Shown one piece after another: positions 62,372 through 64,000 of a stretch of 64,000 nt of DNA; position 1 is the first letter of the stretch; every line of letters starts with the position of its first letter. Under the pieces are notes generated by a model. The model was not told the DNA's origin and made no database searches. It was given only the letters and a program-made list of their open reading frames with translations. The stretch is from Salpingoeca rosetta. Lineage: Eukaryota; Protista; Choanoflagellata. The stretch lies in the NCBI GenBank assembly GCA_033442325.1, contig JAWQFM010000007.1, positions 1,640,312 through 1,704,311 on the forward strand, written 5' to 3'. Both the position numbers and the translations under genes were made by a program.

Positions 62372-62634
62372 TCTGTCTCTTGGCTTCGAGCTGTTAGTTG
62401 CCCTGTCTCTGTTTACCTTTGCGCCCTGTTGCGTCTCCAGTCATCACCTGTTTTATTGCTGGTCTCTGCCGTGACTCACTTCGGTTCCTTGTGCTGCTGT
62501 CGCCAACATCAACATGGGTAGCATGATAGTTCTGGCCAGATTCTGTTTGTACACGCCAATTTGGATAAGAAGAAGTTCCTTGCACGGGTTGCTTCAGAAG
62601 ATGGGTGGAGAGACTGGCGACATGAGTTCGGAGG
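60962..62634 (+). CDS. GT71 (MNN2/MNN5-type) alpha-mannosyltransferase, type II membrane protein; 3' end unresolved
   Basis: Short basic N-tail and TM anchor; RAIVISGGG, LLRLYGCTLPIELW, LLLDADN (DxD), LLWPDFW, ESGQMVVDK, GDKQTF, FCGRAMVQ, and a later exon ILFVHANL (about 62540). Confidence 0.88.
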
Positions 62635-62700
62635 GTGGCTCCATGCACTCGCTCACTCACCCTCACACCCACACACACACACACACTCACACACACAATC

Positions 62701-62947
<247 letters not shown>

Positions 62948-63047
62948 NNNNNNNNNNNNNNNNNNNNNNNNNNNNNNNNNNNNNNNNNNNNNNNNNNNNN
63001 NNNNNNNNNNNNNNNNNNNNNNNNNNNNNNNNNNNNNNNNNNNNNNN
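62948..63047. other. Assembly gap (100 Ns)
   Basis: Run of N. Confidence 1.
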
Positions 63048-64000
63048 AGCAGCAGCAGCAACAAGCATAGTTGTAGTTATGAGCATGTTCAGCTTCTTGA
63101 TCAACAAGACGTGTGCACAGATTAGTTAGAATGCATGGTCATCCTTGTCATCATCATCACCGTCCCTCTTGTGAAAGTCGTTGTTACGCTTGCAGTTGTT
63201 CGATATGTGTATTACCCCCTTCCTCAACCCGACACTTGTGTCATGATTTCCCTTCCCTTTCCCTCGACATCCCGCCAAAGTGATGCAAGCATGCTGTCGG
63301 TGTCGCTGCGCTGAGCCCACCCAACGTTACAATTCCCTTGTCATACATAATATGTGAAACCATAAACAGCATGGAATTCGTGGCCCTATTGACCATGTTG
63401 ATGTAGGGCAGGTGTGTGTGTGTGTTGTGAGTCTGTAGAAACACGACAGGTGGTGTGTGTGTTTACTGTAGGCAAACGCAACAAACAAGAACACAAGGAG
63501 AATGAACAAGCACAACAAGCTGCTGCCAAATCGACGCGGGCAGCACGCTCAAACAAACACAAGACAAGTGCACACACAGTGTGTGACATGTCGAACGTAA
63601 GACAAGCAGAGGATGTGCGTGTGTTTGTGTGTGTGCGTGCGTTAGCGTAGTGGTATGCTCACTTGTCTGAGTGTGTTTGTGTGGGTTTACTGTGTGATGT
63701 GGAAGACAGACGGGAACAAGGATGAATGAACACAAGTGAAGCACTCCCGCATTGTGGCAGAAACAACAAAGAGATTGGACGAAGAACAACACGCAAACAT
63801 ATGCAATACCGCACTTTGTGTGGAAGCAACACACAGCTTGAACGAAGAAAACGGAAGTGTAACAACCACAGCAGAACCGGTTGGATTGCAGAACTATTCA
63901 TGCTGTCTCCAGCTTTCCGGACATAAGCAAACACACCCACATGCACATGACACGGACTCGTCTCTTCCACACACCCCCCTCAACTCGCATGCAGCACTTG

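Noticed and set aside
63048-64000. Short ORFs after the second gap
   Set aside because: No recognisable coding signal; probably UTR or intergenic.

Overview
Gene-dense, intron-rich eukaryotic DNA. Nearly every intron carries (GT)n/(CA)n, (GA)n or (TACA)n microsatellites, which create most of the spurious VCVC/THTH ORFs in the ORF track. Gene content and style suggest a choanoflagellate, probably Salpingoeca rosetta (inference, not verified). Manual exon stitching supports about 16 protein-coding genes: cyclin E-like (+), SMIM12-like microprotein (-), MAPKAPK5-like kinase with DFG changed to DMA (+), C/EBP-like bZIP (-), VAC14 (-), RING1/RNF2 (-), THEM6 (+), CCDC9-like (-), 3xC2H2 zinc-finger protein (+), cyclin Y (+), a T-type (Cav3, EEDD) calcium channel (-), a secreted Asp-box beta-propeller protein (+), AP-3 mu (-), a TIR plus RI-type LRR protein (+), CRYZL1-like (-, spans an assembly gap) and a GT71/MNN2-type mannosyltransferase (+). 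There is also an orphan TRAX exon beside the gap. The two strongest leads are a calmodulin-like EF-hand pair built into the I-II linker of the Cav3 channel, and a cytosolic TIR-LRR protein with no NACHT domain whose LRRs lie on four consecutive 84-nt exons. No rRNA, tRNA, CRISPR array or clear mobile element was seen. All homology calls rest on remembered family motifs, not database searches, and multi-exon boundaries are approximate.
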